Below are positions 34,428-42,943 of a stretch of 64,000 nucleotides of DNA, piece after piece. Location: assembly GCA_001780275.1 (NCBI GenBank), contig MFGB01000022.1:1249-65248 (forward strand), given 5' to 3'. The stretch's first letter is position 1. Every line of letters starts with the position of its first letter. The notes under the pieces were generated by a model. The model was not told the DNA's origin and did no database searches. It worked only from the letters and a program-made list of their open reading frames with translations. The position numbers were made by a program, and so were the translations under genes. Source of the DNA: Candidatus Falkowbacteria bacterium RIFOXYA2_FULL_47_19 (lineage in GTDB: Bacteria; Patescibacteriota; Patescibacteriia; Patescibacteriales; UBA12075).

Positions 34428-37400
34428 ATGCCAAACCTTGAACAAAATTGGAATAGAGCGGAAATTAACAAAGTAGCCGGACAAGAAATGCTCGAGGGAG
34501 AGGAGGAGTATCGCCGGGAGGAATCAGGCAGGAAAGAATTTGGAAATAGGTATTGGAACGATGAAGATGTAGATTTAATGTACGGGAATGATCGAGACTT
34601 TGAGTCTGGATATGAAATGCATGAAATGATTTATGATAGAGAAATGCAAACGCTTGATGATTGCCTTAATCGCGGAAATTTTGACGGAGCGGAGCATATA
34701 CTGAAACATTATAAGGATGTTGAAAATATTATTTCAGTTCTAAAAAATGTTATTGTTAATTACGTATTTGTCTCTAAAGATCAGTATGAGTCATTTATTG
34801 CCGGACTAAGTGATTTTTTGAACCAGAACAAAATTTCAAAAAAGAAAAAATTGAATTTTTCCATAGCTAAATTCTTAAATTCTCCCGAGTTAGAAGAGCT
34901 TATTTGCGATCGGTGGAATGAGGATTATTACGATGATAGTGGAAATGATGATTATTATGATGATAATGAAAATGAGAACGCCACAATTGCGTCCGTCATA
35001 AAAAATCTAAATATTCCGGCGGCAAAAAAAGAAAAAATCGCCCTGAAAGTTGTAAAAGAGCAATTGATCAAAGGCAATATTCCCTACACCCGCAAATTAA
35101 AGGAAGATTTTCCAGTCCATTCTAAAGACTTTGATTTTAATGAAGTAGAAGATGCGGCCTTAAAAGGTTTAATAAACTTTTTGTCGGAAAATAATTTAAG
35201 AAGTATTGATAGAATAATAAAGTATTCTATAATATCCCCGGAAAAACTCGCGTCCCCGGATGTCATACAAGCCGCACTAACAGGCCTAATCAACTGTTTG
35301 TCGGCGGGCTATATTGATTGCGCCATCAATATTAAAGATTATTTCGCCCTACCACCGGAAAAATTAGAACAGGCCGCAGAAAACTGCCTCACGAAACACT
35401 TGCTAAATAATAATATTTATTATGCCATCGAAATTAAAGATAATTTCATTATTTCGCCGGAAAAACTTGCCTCCCCGGAAATAGAACAAGCTATTCTAAA
35501 CAACCTGGTTAAAAATTTATTAGAAGGCAATATTGATACTGCTATTAAAATTAAAGACAGTTTCGCCATTTCTGCGGAAAAACTCGCCACCCCGGAACTT
35601 GAACAAGCCGCGCTAAGCGGCCTAATTAAATGTTTGTCCGAAGGCTACGTTGATACCGCCATTAAGATAAAAAATAATTTCACTATTTCGCCGGAAAAAT
35701 TAGAACAAGCCGCGCTAAGCGGCCTAATCGACGATTTATCAAGGGGCTATATTGATCGTGCCTTTAAAATTAAAGACAGTTTCGCCATTTCCGCGGAAAA
35801 ACTCGCCACCCCGGAACTTGAACAAGCCGCGCTAAGCGGCCTAATTAAATGTTTGTCCGAAGGCCACATTAATAACGCCATTGAGATAAAAAATGATTTC
35901 ACAATTTCTCCGGAAAAACTGGAACAAGCGGCCCTTACCGGTCTAGCTCGCCAATTGTCAAAAGGCAATATTGAGACTGTCATGAGCATTAAAAATAATT
36001 TCTTGATTTCACCGGAAAAACTTGCCACCCCCGGGATTGAGAAAGCCGCTCTGCAGGCCATAATCAGTCAATTACTAGAAGGCTATATTAATGACGCCAT
36101 TAAAATTAAAGACAATTTCACAATTTCTCCGGAAAAACTAGAACAAGCCGCTATAACCTTCCTATGTGACCATTTATCAAAGGGCCATATTGATTATGCT
36201 ATTAAAATTAAAGACAATTTCACTATTTCGCCGGAAAAAATCCAGGAAGCTGACCAACCTGCTCTAAGCGCCATAATCAATGAATTACAAAAAAGCTGCG
36301 TTAGCAACGCTATTAAGATCAAGGATAAATTTAAAATTTCGCCGGAAAAACTCGCCACCCCGAAGGTTGAAAAAGCCGCTCTGCAAGACCTCACTGCTCA
36401 ATTATTGGCCGGCTATATTAAAGACGCCATCCATATTAAAAACAATTTCCCAGTTTCTCCGGAAAAACTAGAACAAGCCGCTTTGACCGGTTTAATCAAG
36501 CAATTGTCAAAAGGCCGCATTAGCGATGCTAGCACGATTAAAGACAATTTCCCTGTTTCGCCGGAAAAACTCGACTCCCCGGAAGTGGAACGAGCCGCTT
36601 TGACCGGTTTGATCAGTGAATTATCAAATGACCATGTTGATCGTGCCGTTAAAATAAAAAACTGTTTTCCAATTTCGCCGGAAAAACTAGATCTAGCCGC
36701 CATAGCCGAAATAACCAACAAATTATCAACTGGGCATATTGATTATGCCATCCAGATCAAAGATAATTTTATGATTTCGCCGAAAAAAATCGCCACCCCG
36801 GAAATTGAACAAGCGGCATTAACCGGCCTTATCAGACAATTGTCAAATGGTTATATTGAACACGCCGTCAGGTATAAAAATAATTTCACCATCGCGCCGG
36901 AAAATCTGGAGCAAACCGCTTTAACAAGTTTAATTGGTCATTTATCAAATGGAAAACTTGGATATGCCATTGACATTAAAAAAGATTTTACCCTTTCGCC
37001 GGAAAAACTCGCCTCCCCGGAAGTTGAACAAGCGGCTTTAACCAGCCTGGCTGACTGTTTGAGGGATGGACAAATTGAAAATGCTTTTAAAATAAGTGAA
37101 AATTTTCCTATTTCGCCGGAAAAACTGGAACAAGCCGCTCTAGCCGGCTTTAAACACCAATTATCCATTAACCGTATTACAAATGCCTTTTTGATTAAAA
37201 AAAATTTCACCATAGCGCCGGAAAAGATAGAACAGGCCGCTCTAGCCGGGCTAATAAACGGTTTGTCGGAAGGCGATACTTTTAACACAAGCAAAATTAA
37301 AGACAGCTTTACCATAGCGCCGGAAAAACTCGCCTCCCCGGAAGTTGAACAAGCCGCTCTAGCCGGCTTAACCAAGAGTTTACAGGAATGCCGTGTTAAT

Positions 37401-40067
37401 GACGCCATCAAGATCAAAGACGATTTCACCATAGAAAAAATCGCTTCCCCGGAAGTTGAACAGGCCGCTCTAGCCGGCCTGATCAAGAGTTTGCTCGATA
37501 GTTGTGTTCATGGCGCTATCATGATTAAAGACAATTTCAGCCTATCGCCGGAAAAACTCGTCTCCCCCGAGGTAGCGCATACCGCTCTAGCCAGCCTAAT
37601 CAATTGTTTGCGCGGAGACCATATTCATGATGCTATCATGATTAAAAAAAATTTCAGCCTATCGCCGGAAAATTTAGAACAAGCCGCCCTAACTATGTTT
37701 ATTCACCACTTGTCCGAAGGCCATGCTGATAGTGTTATCCAGATTAAACATAATTTCCCAATTTCCTCGGAAAACCTCAGCTCCCTAGAAACTGAACAAG
37801 CCGCTTTAAAAGGATTAACTATACTTTTATCATATGGAGATATTAATAAGGCCGTTATGATTAAAGATCATTTCGCCATTTCACCGGAAAAATTAGAGTA
37901 TGCCGCCTTAAAGGGTTTGATCGGTCGTTTATCAGAAGGCCATATCAATGACGCTCGGAAGATTGGAAATATATTTAATGTTTTAACTGAAGAAAAAATT
38001 CGAAATGCCTTTTTAAATCCCAGTCCTCAAAACAGAAAACTGATAGAATTTTTTGGCGCGATTACAAGCGAAGAAGAAAGAAAAAAAATGAGCCAAGAAC
38101 TGGGAATCAAAATGGAGGCCCTGCTTTATAACGGCTACGCAAAGTATAATAAAATTTCTTCCCGCAACGAAAGAAACGATCTTATACAGAACTTCACCCG
38201 AAAGATAAGCGAATCGATTGAATCCGGATCAGACACAAAAACATTTAACAAACTAGTCTCTATTATCAAGGAATTGGATAATCAGAGAAACAACGACGAG
38301 CAATCTACGGCGGATTTTCTTTTTGAAGTTTCCAAAAATATTTCCGGAAAACTGGATGATAAGCAATTTTTAATTTTAGTTCGAAAACTTTCGGAAATCA
38401 AGGATCAAAAAGCTAATTTTTTTGCTTTGCGCCTAGCGGGCCAGTCCCGGGTAAAACCGCTGGCATTCGCGCGTTCCATGCAAAAACTTTCGGATAATGG
38501 TTTTGTTCCAAAGGCGATCACTAAATTCATAGTTGAAGAAAAAGAAGAAAAAAAACAGCCTAGTCAAGAAAAGATCGCCGTTCTTCAGAAAATTATCAGT
38601 GAATACCCCAACCAATTTTCCACCATTATTTCAACCCTTTCGGACCCTAGGTTTGCCGATTTTGATCTGGCGGAAGAAAAAGAGTTGGTTTTTTCCAGCC
38701 TCAAGGATTTTAAAGCCGTCACGCCGATTATTTTCGAACGTTATCGTAATGCCGGCGAAGAAGGAAGAAAAAAACTGGTTGAAAAAATCAATCGAATTAA
38801 ACCGATATTATTCAAAAATCAATCAATAAAAAATATTCTTTCGGGCCAAGACCAGGAAATTTTCACTGAAATGATATACATCGCCTATAGTCCAGTAGGC
38901 ATGAGTTTTCAGGAAGTCGAAAATTTATTGGAACAAGTAGAGGATAGAACCCAAGATTTAGCGAAATTTAAATTTCCGGAAGACGGCTATGATTTTTCCT
39001 TTAACGACAAAACTAGATATCGTGTTAAACCGGGTGAAATGATTAATCCGCAAGTTTTAGATAAAGTTTCCGGTATTTTTTCCGGAACTTATCCTAAAAA
39101 TGAAGACGAGATCAAAAAGATATCAAGTGTTGTTGCAAAATTAGCCAAGGGGGGAACGGACCTGAAAGACTCCGAAATCACCGCTCTTCTTTCGCTGCTT
39201 TCCGAGGAAGGCCAAATTAAGGATTTTAAATCAAAAACCGCGAAAAACAAAGCCAACATCCGGTTATTTTTGGGAGAAGCTAAGGAAAATTTGGGTGTCT
39301 TTTTTAACGATAATTTTCCCAGATTACTTGAACAATTTTTATCGGCCAATCCGCAGTCTAAAGAAAAAATAGAAGCGATATTAGCTCATCCCGAAAGAGT
39401 GGACTTTATCAAAAATAAGATAGAGAAGCAGATCAAAGATAAAAATCTACAGATTGACTGGAATGATCCCAGCCAGATCGTTTCCGCCTATTTTTCGCTT
39501 TCCTGTTTAAAAAAAATAAAACAAGAAATATCAAAAGAAACTAAAAAATACGAATTAGCGCCGGAAGGAGAAGGTGAAAGATCGAAATTAACCGATTCCA
39601 GTTTCAGGGCTTATATTTCTAAAAACGTCGGTTCATTTTTCGCCAAGGCTTCAGCCGGAATTTGTACGGCGCAAGACGTATCGCTTTTCAACCGCAAAGA
39701 ACATTTTCATATTAACATTGTGGAAAACAGCGAAACTGTCCAGGCAAATATTCAGGCTTATATTATCAACTACCCGCCGGACAAAAAATCTCTTTTTTTA
39801 CGCGGCTTCAATCCAAATACGAAATTCATGAAAAACATCAGCATCCCGGTTTTTTGCGACAAGGTAATAGAGGTTGCTAAGAAATTTCAGCGCGACAACG
39901 GTTTGTCCGGTGTCTATCTTTCCGAACAATTGGGCAGTTGGCATGCTTTATCCAACCGATCGGAGGTGGCTGCTTATCTATCAAGATATTTAAAATCAGA
40001 TAACCAAAAAGACTTTTCGTATGCCATCACGAGCGCTCAGCGGATCAGCAAGATGTACGAAGTATAG
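34428..40067 (+). CDS. Giant repeat protein (1879 aa): acidic N-terminus, about 25 alternating 39/34-aa helical repeats, non-repetitive C-terminal domain of about 700 aa
   Basis: ORF track. Repeat consensus: ISPEKL(ASPEVE)QAALxGLIxxLSxGxIxxAIxIKxNFx. Confidence 0.85.
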   Translation: MPNLEQNWNRAEINKVAGQEMLEGEEEYRREESGRKEFGNRYWNDEDVDLMYGNDRDFESGYEMHEMIYDREMQTLDDCLNRGNFDGAEHILKHYKDVENIISVLKNVIVNYVFVSKDQYESFIAGLSDFLNQNKISKKKKLNFSIAKFLNSPELEELICDRWNEDYYDDSGNDDYYDDNENENATIASVIKNLNIPAAKKEKIALKVVKEQLIKGNIPYTRKLKEDFPVHSKDFDFNEVEDAALKGLINFLSENNLRSIDRIIKYSIISPEKLASPDVIQAALTGLINCLSAGYIDCAINIKDYFALPPEKLEQAAENCLTKHLLNNNIYYAIEIKDNFIISPEKLASPEIEQAILNNLVKNLLEGNIDTAIKIKDSFAISAEKLATPELEQAALSGLIKCLSEGYVDTAIKIKNNFTISPEKLEQAALSGLIDDLSRGYIDRAFKIKDSFAISAEKLATPELEQAALSGLIKCLSEGHINNAIEIKNDFTISPEKLEQAALTGLARQLSKGNIETVMSIKNNFLISPEKLATPGIEKAALQAIISQLLEGYINDAIKIKDNFTISPEKLEQAAITFLCDHLSKGHIDYAIKIKDNFTISPEKIQEADQPALSAIINELQKSCVSNAIKIKDKFKISPEKLATPKVEKAALQDLTAQLLAGYIKDAIHIKNNFPVSPEKLEQAALTGLIKQLSKGRISDASTIKDNFPVSPEKLDSPEVERAALTGLISELSNDHVDRAVKIKNCFPISPEKLDLAAIAEITNKLSTGHIDYAIQIKDNFMISPKKIATPEIEQAALTGLIRQLSNGYIEHAVRYKNNFTIAPENLEQTALTSLIGHLSNGKLGYAIDIKKDFTLSPEKLASPEVEQAALTSLADCLRDGQIENAFKISENFPISPEKLEQAALAGFKHQLSINRITNAFLIKKNFTIAPEKIEQAALAGLINGLSEGDTFNTSKIKDSFTIAPEKLASPEVEQAALAGLTKSLQECRVNDAIKIKDDFTIEKIASPEVEQAALAGLIKSLLDSCVHGAIMIKDNFSLSPEKLVSPEVAHTALASLINCLRGDHIHDAIMIKKNFSLSPENLEQAALTMFIHHLSEGHADSVIQIKHNFPISSENLSSLETEQAALKGLTILLSYGDINKAVMIKDHFAISPEKLEYAALKGLIGRLSEGHINDARKIGNIFNVLTEEKIRNAFLNPSPQNRKLIEFFGAITSEEERKKMSQELGIKMEALLYNGYAKYNKISSRNERNDLIQNFTRKISESIESGSDTKTFNKLVSIIKELDNQRNNDEQSTADFLFEVSKNISGKLDDKQFLILVRKLSEIKDQKANFFALRLAGQSRVKPLAFARSMQKLSDNGFVPKAITKFIVEEKEEKKQPSQEKIAVLQKIISEYPNQFSTIISTLSDPRFADFDLAEEKELVFSSLKDFKAVTPIIFERYRNAGEEGRKKLVEKINRIKPILFKNQSIKNILSGQDQEIFTEMIYIAYSPVGMSFQEVENLLEQVEDRTQDLAKFKFPEDGYDFSFNDKTRYRVKPGEMINPQVLDKVSGIFSGTYPKNEDEIKKISSVVAKLAKGGTDLKDSEITALLSLLSEEGQIKDFKSKTAKNKANIRLFLGEAKENLGVFFNDNFPRLLEQFLSANPQSKEKIEAILAHPERVDFIKNKIEKQIKDKNLQIDWNDPSQIVSAYFSLSCLKKIKQEISKETKKYELAPEGEGERSKLTDSSFRAYISKNVGSFFAKASAGICTAQDVSLFNRKEHFHINIVENSETVQANIQAYIINYPPDKKSLFLRGFNPNTKFMKNISIPVFCDKVIEVAKKFQRDNGLSGVYLSEQLGSWHALSNRSEVAAYLSRYLKSDNQKDFSYAITSAQRISKMYEV
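35230..37980 (+). repeat. Intragenic tandem repeat array (about 25 units, mean about 110 nt)
   Basis: Counted from the translation. A 99-nt block at 35547-35645 recurs at 35766-35864 with 1 mismatch (219-nt offset, which is one long plus one short unit). Confidence 0.9.
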
Positions 40068-40114
40068 CGGCATCGGCATTAAATCCACGCTCCTGGTTAG
40101 CCGCCGCATAATGG

Positions 40115-40138
40115 AAACCGCCCTTGAGGCGGTTTTTG
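40115..40138 (+). terminator. Rho-independent terminator of the giant repeat gene
   Basis: AAACCGCC-CTTGA-GGCGGTTT followed by TTG. Confidence 0.75.
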
Positions 40139-40240
40139 TTATGGGTGCGTAGAGGGCTTAAGAACCCTCCCTGATTATAGATAATAAAAACAACAAACGC
40201 TTTTAAATCCTCGCGAATTTTTACATGCGTAAGTTAATTT

Positions 40241-40283
40241 GAGGGTGTGGGGCTTCCGCCCCTTCGATTCCCTCTAGCCACCC
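40241..40283 (+). pseudogene. Orphan 3' fragment of tRNA-His (T-loop to discriminator)
   Basis: TTCGATTCCCTCTAGCCACCC (40263-40283) is identical to 31983-32003 (the last 20 nt of the tRNA plus the next base). It is preceded by GAGGG plus a GC hairpin TGTGGGGCTTCCGCCCC. Confidence 0.8.
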
Positions 40284-40397
40284 CATAAGTGCAAAAACGG
40301 ACTATGGCAGTTTTTTTTGTTTCGTATATACTTATAATTAGACGGTATCTTTTGTTATAATCATGTTAGATGTGTTCTTAATTCTAACAAATATTTT

Positions 40398-41168
40398 ATG
40401 AAAAAATCAAAAAAAATTGTTGCAATCGGCGGTGGTGAAATCGGCAGACCAGGTTACAAAATTGAAACTTTAAAAATTGACCAGGAAATAATTAAATTAG
40501 CCGGAAAGAAAAATCCAAAACTACTTTTTATTCCGACAGCCAGCGGCGATTCCGACGGTTATATTGAGGTTGTAAAAAAATATTTTGGTAAAAAATTAGG
40601 ATGTAAAATTTCTGTTCTCAAGCTGATTAATACCGATATTGCCTTTAAAGATATAGAAAAATTAATCTTCTCTGCTGACATAATATATGTAGGCGGAGGC
40701 AATACTTTGAAAATGCTGAAACTGTGGAGAAAGAAAGGCGTAGATAAATTATTAATAAGCGCATACAGTAAAGGAATAATTCTATCCGGCTTAAGCGCGG
40801 GGTCTGTGTGCTGGTTTAAATATGGGCAAAGCGACTCAAAAAAATTTAAAGATAAAAACGCTCCATATATTACTATATCCGGACTTAGTCTGGTCGACTC
40901 CCTGCACTGCCCTCATTATGACACTGAAATGGATAGACAGGCTGATCTAAAAAAGCGAATAAAAAAAATAAAAAAAGTTGCCATAGCTCTTGAAAATTGT
41001 TCGGCTATTGAAATTATCAATGATCAATATAAAATAGTCACTTCAAAGCCTAAGGCCAATGCTTTTAAAATTTATTGGCACAAAAATAAATTTTATAAAA
41101 TTAAACTTGAAAAAAATAAGCTTTTTCCGATAGAGACTTTACTCAAAAAAACTACACTTCAATTTTAA
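40398..41168 (+). CDS. Peptidase S51 (dipeptidase E / cyanophycinase-like) family protein
   Basis: IVAIGGGEIG, LLFIPTASGDS, IIYVGGGNT, and a nucleophile elbow GLSAGS. Confidence 0.75.
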   Translation: MKKSKKIVAIGGGEIGRPGYKIETLKIDQEIIKLAGKKNPKLLFIPTASGDSDGYIEVVKKYFGKKLGCKISVLKLINTDIAFKDIEKLIFSADIIYVGGGNTLKMLKLWRKKGVDKLLISAYSKGIILSGLSAGSVCWFKYGQSDSKKFKDKNAPYITISGLSLVDSLHCPHYDTEMDRQADLKKRIKKIKKVAIALENCSAIEIINDQYKIVTSKPKANAFKIYWHKNKFYKIKLEKNKLFPIETLLKKTTLQF

Positions 41169-41206
41169 AGAACTCGGTTCGTACTTCTTCCGCTAAACTG
41201 CCCAAA

Positions 41207-41240
41207 ATAAAAATCGTCCCGAAGGGGACGGTTTTTTATT
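41207..41240. repeat. Third copy of the tRNA-His-proximal hairpin (DR3-like), a bidirectional terminator
   Basis: ATAAAAATCGTCCCGAAGGGGACGGTTTTTTATT, compared with DR1 ATAAAATCGTCCCGAAAGGGACGGTTTTTATTT. Confidence 0.7.
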
Positions 41241-41260
41241 GTTAAGTATGGAACATAATG

Positions 41261-42001
41261 TTAACCGATGCTATCCCACATAATCCCAAACATCTCGCGA
41301 TGCAGTCGGATGATGTTTTTGTTTTCGATGACCATGACCATGATAGGCGGAACGACGTGGTGGATCAATAGTTTGTGCGGAGTGATCGTAAGCGAGGCGG
41401 ACAAAATCGCCTCGTTTTTTAATATCCTTATTTCCATGTTATTGGCTTTTTCCTGTTTTTTATATTCACGCGCGATCTCGGAATCCTGGAGCAGTAGCTT
41501 GTTATTGAGCCTCATCTTCGCTCTTCTTTTAACGAAGCCCTCGAACCATTTTCTGTCCGACGACATCCATTTGGCTGAATCGCTGATCACGAAATAATCC
41601 TCCCGCACCTTCATTTCAGCGAGCAATTCTTCGTGGATGTTTTTAACGGCTTCAATCCCTTCAAAATATTTAATTATTCCCCCATCACCCTCCATATTAT
41701 AGAGTGCGGTAAAATCAGGCAAGCTTTTTTTCAGGACCTGCCTTTTTTGTTCCAGTATCTTCTCCAGTTTCGCCGGGTTTTCCGCCACATAATACATTTT
41801 CCAACCTTTTTGCTCTATCCTCATAAGGCCTTTGGCGATCAAAGACTCCGCGATTGAATAAACCGTGGGTCTTTTTAGGTCACCGGCTTTGGCGATCTTG
41901 AGGATCGTGGTCTGGCCAAGCGAAAGCGAGCTCAAATAAACTTTGGCTTCATTTTCGCTTAAGCCTAAATTCGTGAGTACTTTAAATAATTTATTGTCCA
42001 C
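41261..42001 (-). CDS. TrmB-family transcriptional regulator
   Basis: N-terminal wHTH LGLSENEAKVYLSSLSLGQTTILKIAKAGDLKRPTVYSIAESLIAKGLM. Confidence 0.75.
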   Translation of the reverse strand: MDNKLFKVLTNLGLSENEAKVYLSSLSLGQTTILKIAKAGDLKRPTVYSIAESLIAKGLMRIEQKGWKMYYVAENPAKLEKILEQKRQVLKKSLPDFTALYNMEGDGGIIKYFEGIEAVKNIHEELLAEMKVREDYFVISDSAKWMSSDRKWFEGFVKRRAKMRLNNKLLLQDSEIAREYKKQEKANNMEIRILKNEAILSASLTITPHKLLIHHVVPPIMVMVIENKNIIRLHREMFGIMWDSIG

Positions 42002-42164
42002 TTATTTTGATATTAGCGATTTTAGTATAAAAATATGTCATTTTGGTATATCTGGGCAAGTTTTGCTAAAATATAGATAAAAACCGAAAATAAATTAAAA
42101 TGTCAGAAAAACCAACAACTATTTTTATTTTAATATAAAATAAAAATAAATACAAATTTAATTA

Positions 42165-42183
42165 CTGTCAACAAATATGACAG
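42165..42183. promoter_or_regulatory. Inverted repeat CTGTCA-N7-TGACAG in a divergent promoter region
   Basis: Perfect 6-bp arms. Further ATGTCA half-sites sit near 42035 and 42100. Confidence 0.4.
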
Positions 42184-42279
42184 AAATACAATAGTTTAGT
42201 ATAGTATAGATAATAAAATAAAACAAGGTCCTTACAACCAAATAATCAAAAACCCGAAAAGTGTAAAGGAGATAAAGAG

Positions 42280-42789
42280 ATGAATAATTTTAAAGAAAAG
42301 ATTGAAAAATTGATTGATGTTGAGAATACCTTACGACACGTGTTTTCTTTTCCTGATCCCAAATACAGATTAAACTTTAACCATCTCCGTTTTGGCGCAC
42401 TCCGTACCGATGATGATGAAAAAATGATGAAGGAAGCAATAAATATCTTGAAATCGACCGGAAAGAAATATTATCTGGCGATTACCTACCAATATAATGA
42501 TCCTACTCGCATCGAAGTTTATTTTCATCTTCCCAAACTCACCTTTCGTTTATCTGATGAATGGATAGAAGGATGTTTGCTGATTCGAGGATATTTTAAA
42601 GATCCTAAGGTTTTATCAGGAGAAATTAGTACAGCCGTCTTAATAGATACGTTCACAATCGATGACAAGCCGAAACTAAACCAGGACCCCGGAGAGCACT
42701 ACGGTCCAGTGGGTTATCAAGGTCTAAAACCACACAGGAGTAAGGAGGAAAAAAACTTTATCCGCAAGCTTGAAATCTATCAAATTTAA
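42280..42789 (+). CDS. Hypothetical protein (169 aa)
   Basis: AAAGGAG lies 8 nt upstream of the ATG. No motif recognised. Confidence 0.6.
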   Translation: MNNFKEKIEKLIDVENTLRHVFSFPDPKYRLNFNHLRFGALRTDDDEKMMKEAINILKSTGKKYYLAITYQYNDPTRIEVYFHLPKLTFRLSDEWIEGCLLIRGYFKDPKVLSGEISTAVLIDTFTIDDKPKLNQDPGEHYGPVGYQGLKPHRSKEEKNFIRKLEIYQI

Positions 42790-42943
42790 GTCGTCTTCGG
42801 CAAAATGCCTCGCTAAAGGCTTGCGAGGATAAATAAAAAGTCTTCAATAAGCTTCGAGCCATGGTCTGTAAACATGGCTCTTTTTTATTCGGTACACAAT
42901 TATTTTACGGCCGTGCGCACACTTTTTATTTTTACCGCTCTAT

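Noticed and set aside
35084-37486. Minus-strand ORFs inside the repeat gene (35747..36061, 36413..36721, 36938..37486 and others).
   Set aside because: They are repetitive antisense translations (..SFSGEI..) of the plus-strand repeats, and the plus frame is continuous for 1879 codons.
34428-40067. Reading the 34/39-aa repeats as TALE-like nucleic-acid-recognition modules that might read the heptamer repeats. The idea came from the similar repeat length and the ISPEKL versus LTPEQV repeat starts.
   Set aside because: The resemblance is only superficial. There is no RVD-like dipeptide pattern and no correspondence that I can demonstrate between the variable residues and any DNA repeat. This is pure speculation.
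40140-40185. A possible tRNA-Leu(TAA)-like anticodon arm (GAGGG-CTTAAGA-ACCCTC).
   Set aside because: Only a single hairpin is present, with no D arm, T arm or acceptor stem. It is likely just a hairpin in the island's right flank.
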